The notes under the pieces were generated by a model. The model was not told the origin of the DNA and searched no databases. It saw nothing but the letters and a program-made list of their open reading frames with translations. A DNA stretch of 64,000 nt, taken from the NCBI RefSeq assembly GCF_009914755.1, contig NC_060937.1. One strand, 5' to 3'. Position 1 is the first letter of the stretch; each line of letters starts with the position of its first letter. This document shows, one piece after another, positions 1-11,700 of this stretch. The stretch comes from the human T2T-CHM13v2.0 reference genome, Homo sapiens. A program made the translations under genes and the position numbers.

Positions 1-165
1 TCATCAGGAGAGGTTCCCTTCGACCCCGTGGAGAGGTGAGGCCGGAGTCTCAGAGCCTCGATACACAAGCACTGCCACGGAGGGCTCCTGCTCTGCAAAG
101 CCTCGGGGACTGGTTTCTAAGACAACCGTGGGAACCACTGTGACCGGAGAAACCGCTGGGGCCTC

Positions 166-261
166 GCGCATGCGCATTGGCTGAGCCGACTCACGCTCCA
201 CTCCTGACAGATAGGCTGCGTCCCCTTTAAATATCGCCACCGCCGCGCGGCGGCCGCGATG
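166..261. promoter_or_regulatory. Promoter-like motif cluster present in every monomer: NRF1 palindrome, inverted CCAAT, TATA-like element, CpG-rich palindrome with NotI site
   Basis: GCGCATGCGC 166-175, ATTGG 176-180, TTTAAATA 226-233, CCGCCGCGCGGCGG 240-253, ATG 259-261. Motif matches only; function not shown. Confidence 0.45.
250..257. other. NotI site (GCGGCCGC), one per monomer
   Basis: Read directly at 250-257 and at the equivalent position in the other copies inspected. NBL2 was described as a NotI-containing 1.4-kb repeat. Confidence 0.95.
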
Positions 262-1045
262 CTCCTGCTGCCGCCGCGGCGGCGGCTGTGTCCTGGGTCC
301 TGTTTGGGGCGGCATGGGAGAGGGGACGGCGGGTGTCTCGTCCTGTCCCAGGCCCAAACCCCCAGGGCTCCTTTCCTCAGGACCTGCTTGAGCCGACTTC
401 CACCAAGGGAGGGGGAGCTTCAGGACGCCTGCTGTGTTCTCTGGACTCCCGTTGAGATCCCATTCTGGCCCCCTCCGCGTGACATAGGATGGGCTCACCA
501 CATGTGGTCAGGCCGGCAGGGCCTCGCTGCAGCACACAATGACCCCATAGGTCTCAAGGCCTAGTGTCAGAGCAAACTCACTCATCCATCAGCCCTCTAC
601 CTCCCTCCTCCTTTGAAAGTGCATTGGCCTGCCCCGCTTGTAAAAGCCCAGGGGTTCCGGAAAGCCGAACGCGCTTTACAGGACAACTGCAAAGAGGAAC
701 AGAGGCGAAATCCAGGGGGAGACCATGTGACCACGCGTGGCACTGGCCAATCCCACAGCAGTTGGTGTTAATGTGTGTCACCGGAGGCATACGGGGCGAC
801 GGCGAAACGAAGGGTGGGGTCCAGGCATATGCCGGTGGAAGGGGGAAACGGGTGACATTTCCGTCAACGCCAAGGAAAAACAAACAACACCTGGGAACCG
901 TGGGGTAGGGGGGCCTCCTGTGCCTGACCCAAGCCACGTTTTCAAATGCCTACCAGAGGAGCAAAGAGGTTTCTGCCAATTTCGCAACACCCCCAATCCT
1001 CCACCGAACTGGTAGCCCTGACGCAACTTCGGCTGGTACAAACCC

Positions 1046-1142
1046 ACAGAGAGTGGGAAAGAAACACACAGAGAGTGAGAGACAGAGAGAGAAGAGAGAA
1101 TGGGAGACACACACACAGACACACACGCACACACACGCAGAG
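1046..1142. repeat. Interrupted compound (GA)n/(CA)n microsatellite, one per monomer
   Basis: acagagagtgggaaagaaacacacagagagtgagagacagagagagaagagagaatgggagacacacacacagacacacacgcacacacacgcagag. Confidence 0.92.
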
Positions 1143-1356
1143 TCATACAGCAGAGGCTTTGAAACACACACTCCCAGGCAACCCCTGAGGATCCGGGGTT
1201 CTGCTCTGGAGGAGAACGACCCTCGGGTGAGAGAGCAGCCCAGGAGCACGCAGGCCGACCCGTCCTCGAGATCACTGACCGCGGCGCGACTTTTGGCGAG
1301 ACTCACCCCAACCAACACCGTCCGTGCAGGCCTGAGGCTGGGATCCCGTGCTGCTT

Positions 1357-1369
1357 CCCCCGTCTCCGC
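1357..1369 (+). promoter_or_regulatory. Match to the PRDM9 allele-A hotspot 13-mer CCNCCNTNNCCNC, present in most monomers
   Basis: CCCCCGTCTCCGC fits all 8 fixed positions of the degenerate motif. Binding not shown. Confidence 0.55.
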
Positions 1370-4300
1370 CTGGGGTTTCATCTTCATAGTCGGCCCTTTG
1401 CGACTGCTGGCATCAGGAGAGTTTCCCTTCGAGCCCGTGAAGAGGTGAGACCGGAGCCTCAGAGCCTCGATACCCAAGCACTGCCACGGAGGGCTCCTGC
1501 TCTGCAAAGCCTCGGGGACTGGTTTCTAAGACAACCGTGGGAACCACTGTGACCGGAGAAACCGCTGGGGCCTCCCGCGTGCGCATTGGCTGAGCCGACT
1601 CACGCTCCACTCCTGACAGATAGGCTGCGTCCCCTTTAAATATCGCCACCGCCGCGCGGCGGCCGCGATGCTCCTGCTGCCGCCGCGGCGGCGGCTGTGT
1701 CCTGGGTCCTGTTTGGGGCGGCATGGGAGAGGGGACCGCGGGTGTCTCGTCCTGTCCCAGGCCCAAACCCCCAGGGCTCCTGTCCTCAGGACCTGCTTGA
1801 GCCGACTTCCACCAAGGGAGGGGGAGCTTCAGGACGCCTGCTGTGTTCTCTGGACTCCCGTTGAGATCCCATTCTGGCCCCCTCCGAGTGACATAGGATG
1901 GGCTCACCACATGTGGTCAGGCCGGCAGGGCCTCGCTGCAGCACACAATGACCCCATAGGTCTCAAGGCCTAGTGTCAGAGCAAATTCACCGATCCATCA
2001 GCCCTCTGCCTCCCTCCTCCTTTGAAAGAGCAGTGGCCTGCCCGGCTTGTAAAAGCCCAGGGGTTCCGGAAAGCCGAACGCGCTTTACAGGACAACTGCA
2101 AAGAGGAACAGAGGCGAAACCCAGGGGGAGACCATGTGACCACGCGTGGCACTGGCCAATCCCACAGCAGTTGGTGTTAATGTGTGTCACCGGAGGCATA
2201 CGCGGCGACGGCGAAACGAAGGGTGGGGTCCAGGCATATGCCGGTGGAAGGGGGAAACGGGTGACATTTCCGTCAACGCCAAGGAAAATCAAACAACACC
2301 TGGGAACCGTGGGGAAGGGGGGCCTCCTGTGCCTGACCCAAGCCACGTTTTCAATTGCCTACCAGAGGAGCAAAGAGGTTTCTGCCAATTTCGCAACACC
2401 CCCAATCCTCCACCGACCTCGTAGCCCTGAAGCAACTTCGGCTGGTACAAACCCACAGAGAGTGGGAAAGAAACACACAGAGAGTGAGAGACAGAGAGAG
2501 AAGAGAGAATGGGAGACACACACACAGACACACACGCACACACACGCAGAGTCATACAGCAGAGGCATTGAACCCTGAGAACCCTGAGGCAACCCCTGAG
2601 GATCCGGGGTTCTGCTCTGGAGGAGAACGACCCTCGGGTGAGAGAGCAGCCCAGGAGCACGCAGGCCGACCCGTCCTCGAGATCACGGACTGCGGTAAGG
2701 CTTTTGGCGAGACTCACCCCAACCAACACCGTCTGTGCAGGCCTGAGGCTGGGATCCCGTGCTGCTTCCCCCGTCTCCGCCTGGGGTTTCATCATCATGG
2801 TCGGCCCTTTGCGACTGCTGTCATCAGGAGAGGTTCCCTTCGACCCCGTGGAGAGGTGAGGCCGGAGTCTCAGAGCCTCGATACACAAGCACTGCCACGG
2901 AGGGCTCCTGCTCTGCAAAGCCTCGGGGACTGGTTTCTAAGACAACCGTGGGAACCACTGTGACCGGAGAAACCGCTGGGGCCTCGCGCATGCGCATTGG
3001 CTGAGCCGACTCACGCTCCACTCCTGACAGATAGGCTGCGTCCCCTTTAAATATCGCCACCGCCGCGCGGCGGCCGCGATGCTCCTGCTGCCGCCGCGGC
3101 GGCGGCTGTGTCCTGGGTCCTGTTTGGGGCGGCATGGGAGAGGGGACGGCGGGTGTCTCGTCCTGTCCCAGGCCCAAACCCCCAGGGCTCCTTTCCTCAG
3201 GACCTGCTTGAGCCGACTTCCACCAAGGGAGGGGGAGCTTCAGGACGCCTGCTGTGTTCTCTGGACTCCCGTTGAGATCCCATTCTGGCCCCCTCCGCGT
3301 GACATAGGATGGGCTCACCACATCTGCTCACGCCGGCAGGGCCTCGCTGCAGCACACAATGACCCCATAGGTCTCAAGGCCTAGTGTCAGAGCAAATTCA
3401 CCGATCCATCAGCCCTCTGCCTCCCTCCTCCTTTGAAAGAGCAGTGGCCTGCCCGGCTTGTAAAAGCCCAGGGGTTCCGGAAAGCTGAACGCGCTTTACA
3501 GGACAACTGCAAAGAGGAACAGAGGCGAAACCCAGGGGGAGACCATGTGACCACGCGTGGCCCTGGCCAATCCCACAGCAGTTGGTGTTAATGTGTGTCA
3601 CCGGAGGCATACGGGGCGACGGCGAAACGAAGGGTGGGGTCCAGGCATATGCCGGTGGAAGGGGGAAACGGGTGACATTTCCGTCAACGCCAAGGAAAAT
3701 CAAACAACACCTGGGAACCGTGGGGTAGGGGGGCCTCCTGTGCCTGACCCAAGCCACGTTTTCAAATGCCTACCAGAGGAGCAAAGAGGTTTCTGCCAAT
3801 TTCGCAACACCCCCAATCCTCCACCGACCTCGTAGCCCTGAAGCAACTTCGGCTGGTACAAACCCACAGAGAGTGGGAAAGAAACACACAGAGAGTGACA
3901 GAGAGAGAGAGAAGAGAGAATGGGAGACACACACACAGACACACACGCACACACACGCAGAGTCATACAGCAGAGGCATTGAACCCTGAGAACCCTGAGG
4001 CAACCCCTGTGGATCCGGGGTTCTGCTCTGGAGGAGAACGACCCTCGGGTGAGAGAGCAGCCCAGGAGCACGCAGGCCGACCCGTCCTCGAGATCACGGA
4101 CAGCGGTAAGGCTTTTGGTGATACTCACCCCAACCAACACCGTCCGTGCAGGCCTGAGGCTGGGATCCCGTGCTGCTTCCCCGTCTCCGCCTGGGGTTTC
4201 ATCATCATGGTCGGCCCTTTGCGACTGCTGTCATCAGGAGAGGTTCCTTTCGACCCCGTGGAGAGGTGAGGCCGGAGCCTCAGAGCCTCGGTACCCAAGC

Positions 4301-5010
4301 ACTGCCACGGAGGGCTCCTGCTCTGCCAAGCCTCGGGGACTGGTTTCTAAGACAACCGTGGGAACCACTGTGACCGGAGAAACCGCTGGGGCCTCGCGCA
4401 TGCGCATTGGCTGAGCCGACTCACGCTCCACTCCTGACAGATAGGCTGCGTCCCCTTTAAATATCGCCACCGCCGCGCGGCGGCCGCGATGCTCCTGCTG
4501 CCGCAGCGGCGGCGGCTGTGTCCTGGGTCCTGTTTGGGGCGGCATGGGAGAGTGGACCGCGGGTGTCTCGTCCTGTCCCAGGCCCAAACCCCCAGGGCTC
4601 CTGTCCTCAGGACCTGCTTGAGCCGACTTCCACCAAGGGAGGGGGAGCTTCAGGACGCCTGCTGTGTTCTCTGGACTCCCGTTGAGATCCCATTCTGGTC
4701 CCCTCCGAGTGACATAGGATGGGCTCACCACATGTGGTCAGGCCGGCAGGGCCTCGCTGCAGCACACAATGACCCCATAGGTCTCAAGGCCTAGTGTCAG
4801 AGCAAACTCACTCATCCATCAGCCCTCTGCCTCCCTCCTCCTTTGAAAGTGCATTGGCCTGCCCCGCTTGTAAAAGCCCAGGGGTTCCGGAAAGCCGAAC
4901 GCGCTTTACAGGACAACTGCAAAGAGGAACAGAGGCGAAATCCAGGGGGAGACCATGTGACCACGCGTGGCACTGGCCAATCCCACAGCAGTTGGTGTTA
5001 ATGTGTGTCA

Positions 5011-5757
<747 letters not shown>

Positions 5758-8700
5758 CTAAGACAACCGTGGGAACCACTGTGACCGGAGAAACCGCTGG
5801 GGCCTCGCGCATGCGCATTGGCTGAGCCGACTCACGCTCCACTCCTGACAGATAGGCTGCGTCCCCTTTAAATATCGCCACCGCCGCGCGGCGGCCGCGA
5901 TGCTCCTGCTGCCGCCGCGGCGGCGGCTGTGTCCTGGGTCCTGTTTGGGGCGGCATGGGAGAGTGGACCGCGGGTGTCTCGTCCTGTCCCAGGCCCAAAC
6001 CCCCAGGGCTCCTGTCCTCAGGACCTGCTTGAGCCGACTTCCACCAAGGGAGGGGGAGCTTCAGGACGCCTGCTGTGTTCTCTGGACTCCCGTTGAGATC
6101 CCATTCTGGCCCCCTCCGAGTGACATAGGATGGGCTCACCACATGTGGTCAGGCCGGCAGGGCCTCGCTGCAGCACACAATGACCCCATAGGTCTCAAGG
6201 CCTAGTGTCAGAGCAAACTCACTCATCCATCAGCCCTCTGCCTCCCTCCTCCTTTGAAAGTGGATTGGCCTGCTCCGCTTGTAAAAGCCCAGGGGTTCCG
6301 GAAAGCCGAACGCGCTTTGCAGGACAACTGCAAAGAGGAACAGAGGCGAAACCCAGGGGGAGACCATGTGACCACGAGTGGCACTGGCCAATCCCACAGC
6401 AGTTGGTGTTAATGTGTGTCACCGGAGGCATACGGGGCGACGGCGAAACGAAGGGTGGGGTCCAGGCATATGCCGGTGGAAGGGGGAAACGGGAGACATT
6501 TCCGTCAACGCCAAGGAAAATCAAACAACACCTGGGAACCGTGGGGTAGGGGGGCCTCCTGTGCCTGACCCAAGCCACGTTTTCAAATGCCTACCAGAGG
6601 AGCAAAGAGGTTTCTGCCAATTTCGCAACACCCCCAATCCTCCACCGACCTCGTAGCCCTGAAGCAACTTCGGCTGGTACAAACCCAAAGAGAGTGGGAA
6701 AGAAACACACAGAGAGTGAGAGACAGAGAGAGAAGAGAGAATGGGAGACACACACACAGACACACACGCACACACACGCAGAGTCATACAGCAGAGGCAT
6801 TGAAACACACACTCCCAGGCAACCCCTGAGGATCCGGGGTTCTGCTCTGGAGGAGAACGACCCTCGGGTGAGAGAGCAGCCCAGGAGCACGCAGGCCGAC
6901 CCGTCCTCGAGATCACTGACCGCGGCGCGACGTTTGGCGACACTCACCCCAACCAACACCGTCCGTGCAGGCCTGAGGCTGGGATCCCGTGCTGCTTCCC
7001 CCGTCTCCGCCTGGGGTTTCATCTTCATAGTCGGCCCTTTGCGACTGCTGGCATCAGGAGAGTTTCCCTTCGAGCCCGTGAAGAGGTGAGACCGGAGCCT
7101 CAGAGCCTCGATACCCAAGCACTGCCACGGAGGGCTCCTGCTCTGCAAAGCCTCGGGGACTGGTTTCTAAGACAACCGTGGGAACCACTGTGACCGGAGA
7201 AACCGCTGGGGCCTCCCGCGTGCGCATTGGCTGAGCCGACTCACGCTCCACTCCTGACAGATAGGCTGCGTCCCCTTTAAATATCGCCACCGCCGCGCGG
7301 CGGCCGCGATGCTCCTGCTGCCGCCGCGGCGGCGGCTGTGTCCTGGGTCCTGTTTGGGGCGGCATGGGAGAGGGGACCGCGGGTGTCTCGTCCTGTCCCA
7401 GGCCCAAACCCCCAGGGCTCCTGTCCTCAGGACCTGCTTGAGCCGACTTCCACCAAGGGAGGGGGAGCTTCAGGACGCCTGCTGTGTTCTCTGGACTCCC
7501 GTTGAGATCCCATTCTGGCCCCCTCCGAGTGACATAGGATGGGCTCACCACATGTGGTCAGGCCGGCAGGGCCTCGCTGCAGCACACAATGACCCCATAG
7601 GTCTCAAGGCCTAGTGTCAGAGCAAATTCATCGATCCATCAGCCCTCTGCCTCCCTCCTCCTTTGAAAGAGCAGTGGCCTGCCCGGCTTGTAAAAGCCCA
7701 GGGGTTCCGGAAAGCCGAACGCGCTTTACAGGACAACTGCAAAGAGGAACAGAGGCGAAACCCAGGGGGAGACCATGTGACCACGCGTGGCACTGGCCAA
7801 TCCCACAGCAGTTGGTGTTAATGTGTGTCACCGGAGGCATACGCGGCGACGGCGAAACGAAGGGTGGGGTCCAGGCATATGCCGGTGGAAGGGGGAAACG
7901 GGTGACATTTCCGTCAACGCCAAGGAAAATCAAACAACACCTGGGAACCGTGGGGAAGGGGGGCCTCCTGTGCCTGACCCAAGCCACGTTTTCAATTGCC
8001 TACCAGAGGAGCAAAGAGGTTTCTGCCAATTTCGCAACACCCCCAATCCTCCACCGACCTCGTAGCCCTGAAGCAACTTCGGCTGGTACAAACCCACAGA
8101 GAGTGGGAAAGAAACACACAGAGAGTGAGAGACAGAGAGAGAAGAGAGAATGGGAGACACACACACAGACACACACGCACACACACGCAGAGTCATACAG
8201 CAGAGGCATTGAACCCTGAGAACCCTGAGGCAACCCCTGAGGATCCGGGGTTCTGCTCTGGAGGAGAACGACCCTCGGGTGAGAAAGCAGCCCAGGAGCA
8301 CGCAGGCCGACCCGTCCTCGAGATCACGGACTGCGGTAAGGCTTTTGGCGAGACTCACCCCAACCAACACCGTCTGTGCAGGCCTGAGGCTGGGATCCCG
8401 TGCTGCTTCCCCCGTCTCCGCCTGGGGTTTCATCATCATGGTCGGCCCTTTGCGACTGCTGTCATCAGGAGAGGTTCCCTTCGACCCCGTGGAGAGGTGA
8501 GGCCGGAGTCTCAGAGCCTCGATACACAAGCACTGCCACGGAGGGCTCCTGCTCTGCAAAGCCTCGGGGACTGGTTTCTAAGACAACCGTGGGAACCACT
8601 GTGACCGGAGAAACCGCTGGGGCCTCGCGCATGCGCATTGGCTGAGCCGACTCACGCTCCACTCCTGACAGATAGGCTGCGTCCCCTTTAAATATCGCCA

Positions 8701-11700
8701 CCGCCGCGCGGCGGCCGCGATGCTCCTGCTGCCGCCGCGGCGGCGGCTGTGTCCTGGGTCCTGTTTGGGGCGGCATGGGAGAGGGGACGGCGGGTGTCTC
8801 GTCCTGTCCCAGGCCCAAACCCCCAGGGCTCCTTTCCTCAGGACCTGCTTGAGCCGACTTCCACCAAGGGAGGGGGAGCTTCAGGACGCCTGCTGTGTTC
8901 TCTGGACTCCCGTTGAGATCCCATTCTGGCCCCCTCCGCGTGACATAGGATGGGCTCACCACATGTGGTCAGGCCGGCAGGGCCTCGCTGCAGCACACAA
9001 TGACCCCATAGGTCTCAAGGCCTAGTGTCAGAGCAAACTCACTCATCCATCAGCCCTCTACCTCCCTCCTCCTTTGAAAGTGCATTGGCCTGCCCCGCTT
9101 GTAAAAGCCCAGGGGTTCCGGAAAGCCGAACGCGCTTTACAGGACAACTGCAAAGAGGAACAGAGGCGAAATCCAGGGGGAGACCATGTGACCACGCGTG
9201 GCACTGGCCAATCCCACAGCAGTTGGTGTTAATGTGTGTCACCGGAGGCATACGGGGCGACGGCGAAACGAAGGGTGGGGTCCAGGCATATGCCGGTGGA
9301 AGGGGGAAACGGGTGACATTTCCGTCAACGCCAAGGAAAAACAAACAACACCTGGGAACCGTGGGGTAGGGGGGCCTCCTGTGCCTGACCCAAGCCACGT
9401 TTTCAAATGCCTACCAGAGGAGCAAAGAGGTTTCTGCCAATTTCGCAACACCCCCAATCCTCCACCGAACTGGTAGCCCTGACGCAACTTCGGCTGGTAC
9501 AAACCCACAGAGAGTGGGAAAGAAACACACAGAGAGTGAGAGACAGAGAGAGAAGAGAGAATGGGAGACACACACACAGACACACACGCACACACACGCA
9601 GAGTCATACAGCAGAGGCTTTGAAACACACACTCCCAGGCAACCCCTGAGGATCCGGGGTTCTGCTCTGGAGGAGAACGACCCTCGGGTGAGAGAGCAGC
9701 CCAGGAGCACGCAGGCCGACCCGTCCTCGAGATCACTGACCGCGGCGCGACTTTTGGCGAGACTCACCCCAACCAACACCGTCCGTGCAGGCCTGAGGCT
9801 GGGATCCCGTGCTGCTTCCCCCGTCTCCGCCTGGGGTTTCATCTTCATAGTCGGCCCTTTGCGACTGCTGGCATCAGGAGAGTTTCCCTTCGAGCCCGTG
9901 AAGAGGTGAGACCGGAGCCTCAGAGCCTCGATACCCAAGCACTGCCACGGAGGGCTCCTGCTCTGCAAAGCCTCGGGGACTGGTTTCTAAGACAACCGTG
10001 GGAACCACTGTGACCGGAGAAACCGCTGGGGCCTCCCGCGTGCGCATTGGCTGAGCCGACTCACGCTCCACTCCTGACAGATAGGCTGCGTCCCCTTTAA
10101 ATATCGCCACCGCCGCGCGGCGGCCGCGATGCTCCTGCTGCCGCCGCGGCGGCGGCTGTGTCCTGGGTCCTGTTTGGGGCGGCATGGGAGAGGGGACGGC
10201 GGGTGTCTCGTCCTGTCCCAGGCCCAAACCCCCAGGGCTCCTGTCCTCAGGACCTGCTTGAGCCGACTTCCACCAAGGGAGGGGGAGCTTCAGGACGCCT
10301 GCTGTGTTCTCTGGACTCCCGTTGAGATCCCATTCTGGCCCCCTCCGAGTGACATAGGATGGGCTCACCACATGTGGTCAGGCCGGCAGGGCCTCGCTGC
10401 AGCACACAATGACCCCATAGGTCTCAAGGCCTAGTGTCAGAGCAAATTCACCGATCCATCAGCCCTCTGCCTCCCTCCTCCTTTGAAAGAGCAGTGGCCT
10501 GCCCGGCTTGTAAAAGCCCAGGGGTTCCGGAAAGCCGAACGCGCTTTACAGGACAACTGCAAAGAGGAACAGAGGCGAAACCCAGGGGGAGACCATGTGA
10601 CCACGCGTGGCACTGGCCAATCCCACAGCAGTTGGTGTTAATGTGTGTCACCGGAGGCATACGCGGCGACGGCGAAACGAAGGGTGGGGTCCAGGCATAT
10701 GCCGGTGGAAGGGGGAAACGGGTGACATTTCCGTCAACGCCAAGGAAAATCAAACAACACCTGGGAACCGTGGGGAAGGGGGGCCTCCTGTGCCTGACCC
10801 AAGCCACGTTTTCAATTGCCTACCAGAGGAGCAAAGAGGTTTCTGCCAATTTCGCAACACCCCCAATCCTCCACCGACCTCGTAGCCCTGAAGCAACTTC
10901 GGCTGGTACAAACCCACAGAGAGTGGGAAAGAAACACACAGAGAGTGAGAGACAGAGAGAGAAGAGAGAATGGGAGACACACACACAGACACACACGCAC
11001 ACACACGCAGAGTCATACAGCAGAGGCATTGAACCCTGAGAACCCTGAGGCAACCCCTGAGGATCCGGGGTTCTGCTCTGGAGGAGAACGACCCTCGGGT
11101 GAGAGAGCAGCCCAGGAGCACGCAGGCCGACCCGTCCTCGAGATCACGGACTGCGGTAAGGCTTTTGGCGAGACTCACCCCAACCAACACCGTCTGTGCA
11201 GGCCTGAGGCTGGGATCCCGTGCTGCTTCCCCCGTCTCCGCCTGGGGTTTCATCATCATGGTCGGCCCTTTGCGACTGCTGTCATCAGGAGAGGTTCCCT
11301 TCGACCCCGTGGAGAGGTGAGGCCGGAGTCTCAGAGCCTCGATACACAAGCACTGCCACGGAGGGCTCCTGCTCTGCAAAGCCTCGGGGACTGGTTTCTA
11401 AGACAACCGTGGGAACCACTGTGACCGGAGAAACCGCTGGGGCCTCGCGCATGCGCATTGGCTGAGCCGACTCACGCTCCACTCCTGACAGATAGGCTGC
11501 GTCCCCTTTAAATATCGCCACCGCCGCGCGGCGGCCGCGATGCTCCTGCTGCCGCCGCGGCGGCGGCTGTGTCCTGGGTCCTGTTTGGGGCGGCATGGGA
11601 GAGGGGACGGCGGGTGTCTCGTCCTGTCCCAGGCCCAAACCCCCAGGGCTCCTTTCCTCAGGACCTGCTTGAGCCGACTTCCACCAAGGGAGGGGGAGCT

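Larger units (their letters stand above)
1..1409. repeat. Representative monomer (unit 1, arbitrary phase, class A, 1409 bp)
   Basis: The sequence at 1 (tcatcaggagaggttcc) recurs at 1410 (gcatcaggagagtttcc) and 2821. Confidence 0.97.

Noticed and set aside
400-419. CTCF-like CCACCAAGGGAGGGGGAGC
   Set aside because: Spacing does not fit the CCASYAGRKGGCRS core. It would need a PWM or ChIP test.
4-501. 165-aa minus-strand ORF open in all 46 copies
   Set aside because: It starts at GTG, has no recognisable domain and many amino-acid-changing variants. Openness follows from high GC content and recent copy identity.
600-612. CCTCCCT hotspot core heptamer
   Set aside because: The extension CCTCCCTCCTCCT fails the full 13-mer. 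A heptamer alone is weak evidence.
564-1507. Overlapping 60-243-aa ORFs on both strands (CVCVCV, THTHTH, ERERE motifs)
   Set aside because: These are largely translations of the CA/GA microsatellite and flanks. Their lengths vary with frameshifting indels between monomers.
2571-2600. AACCCT telomere-like hexamers
   Set aside because: The period is 9 bp (AACCCTGAG), not TAACCC, so this is not an interstitial telomere.
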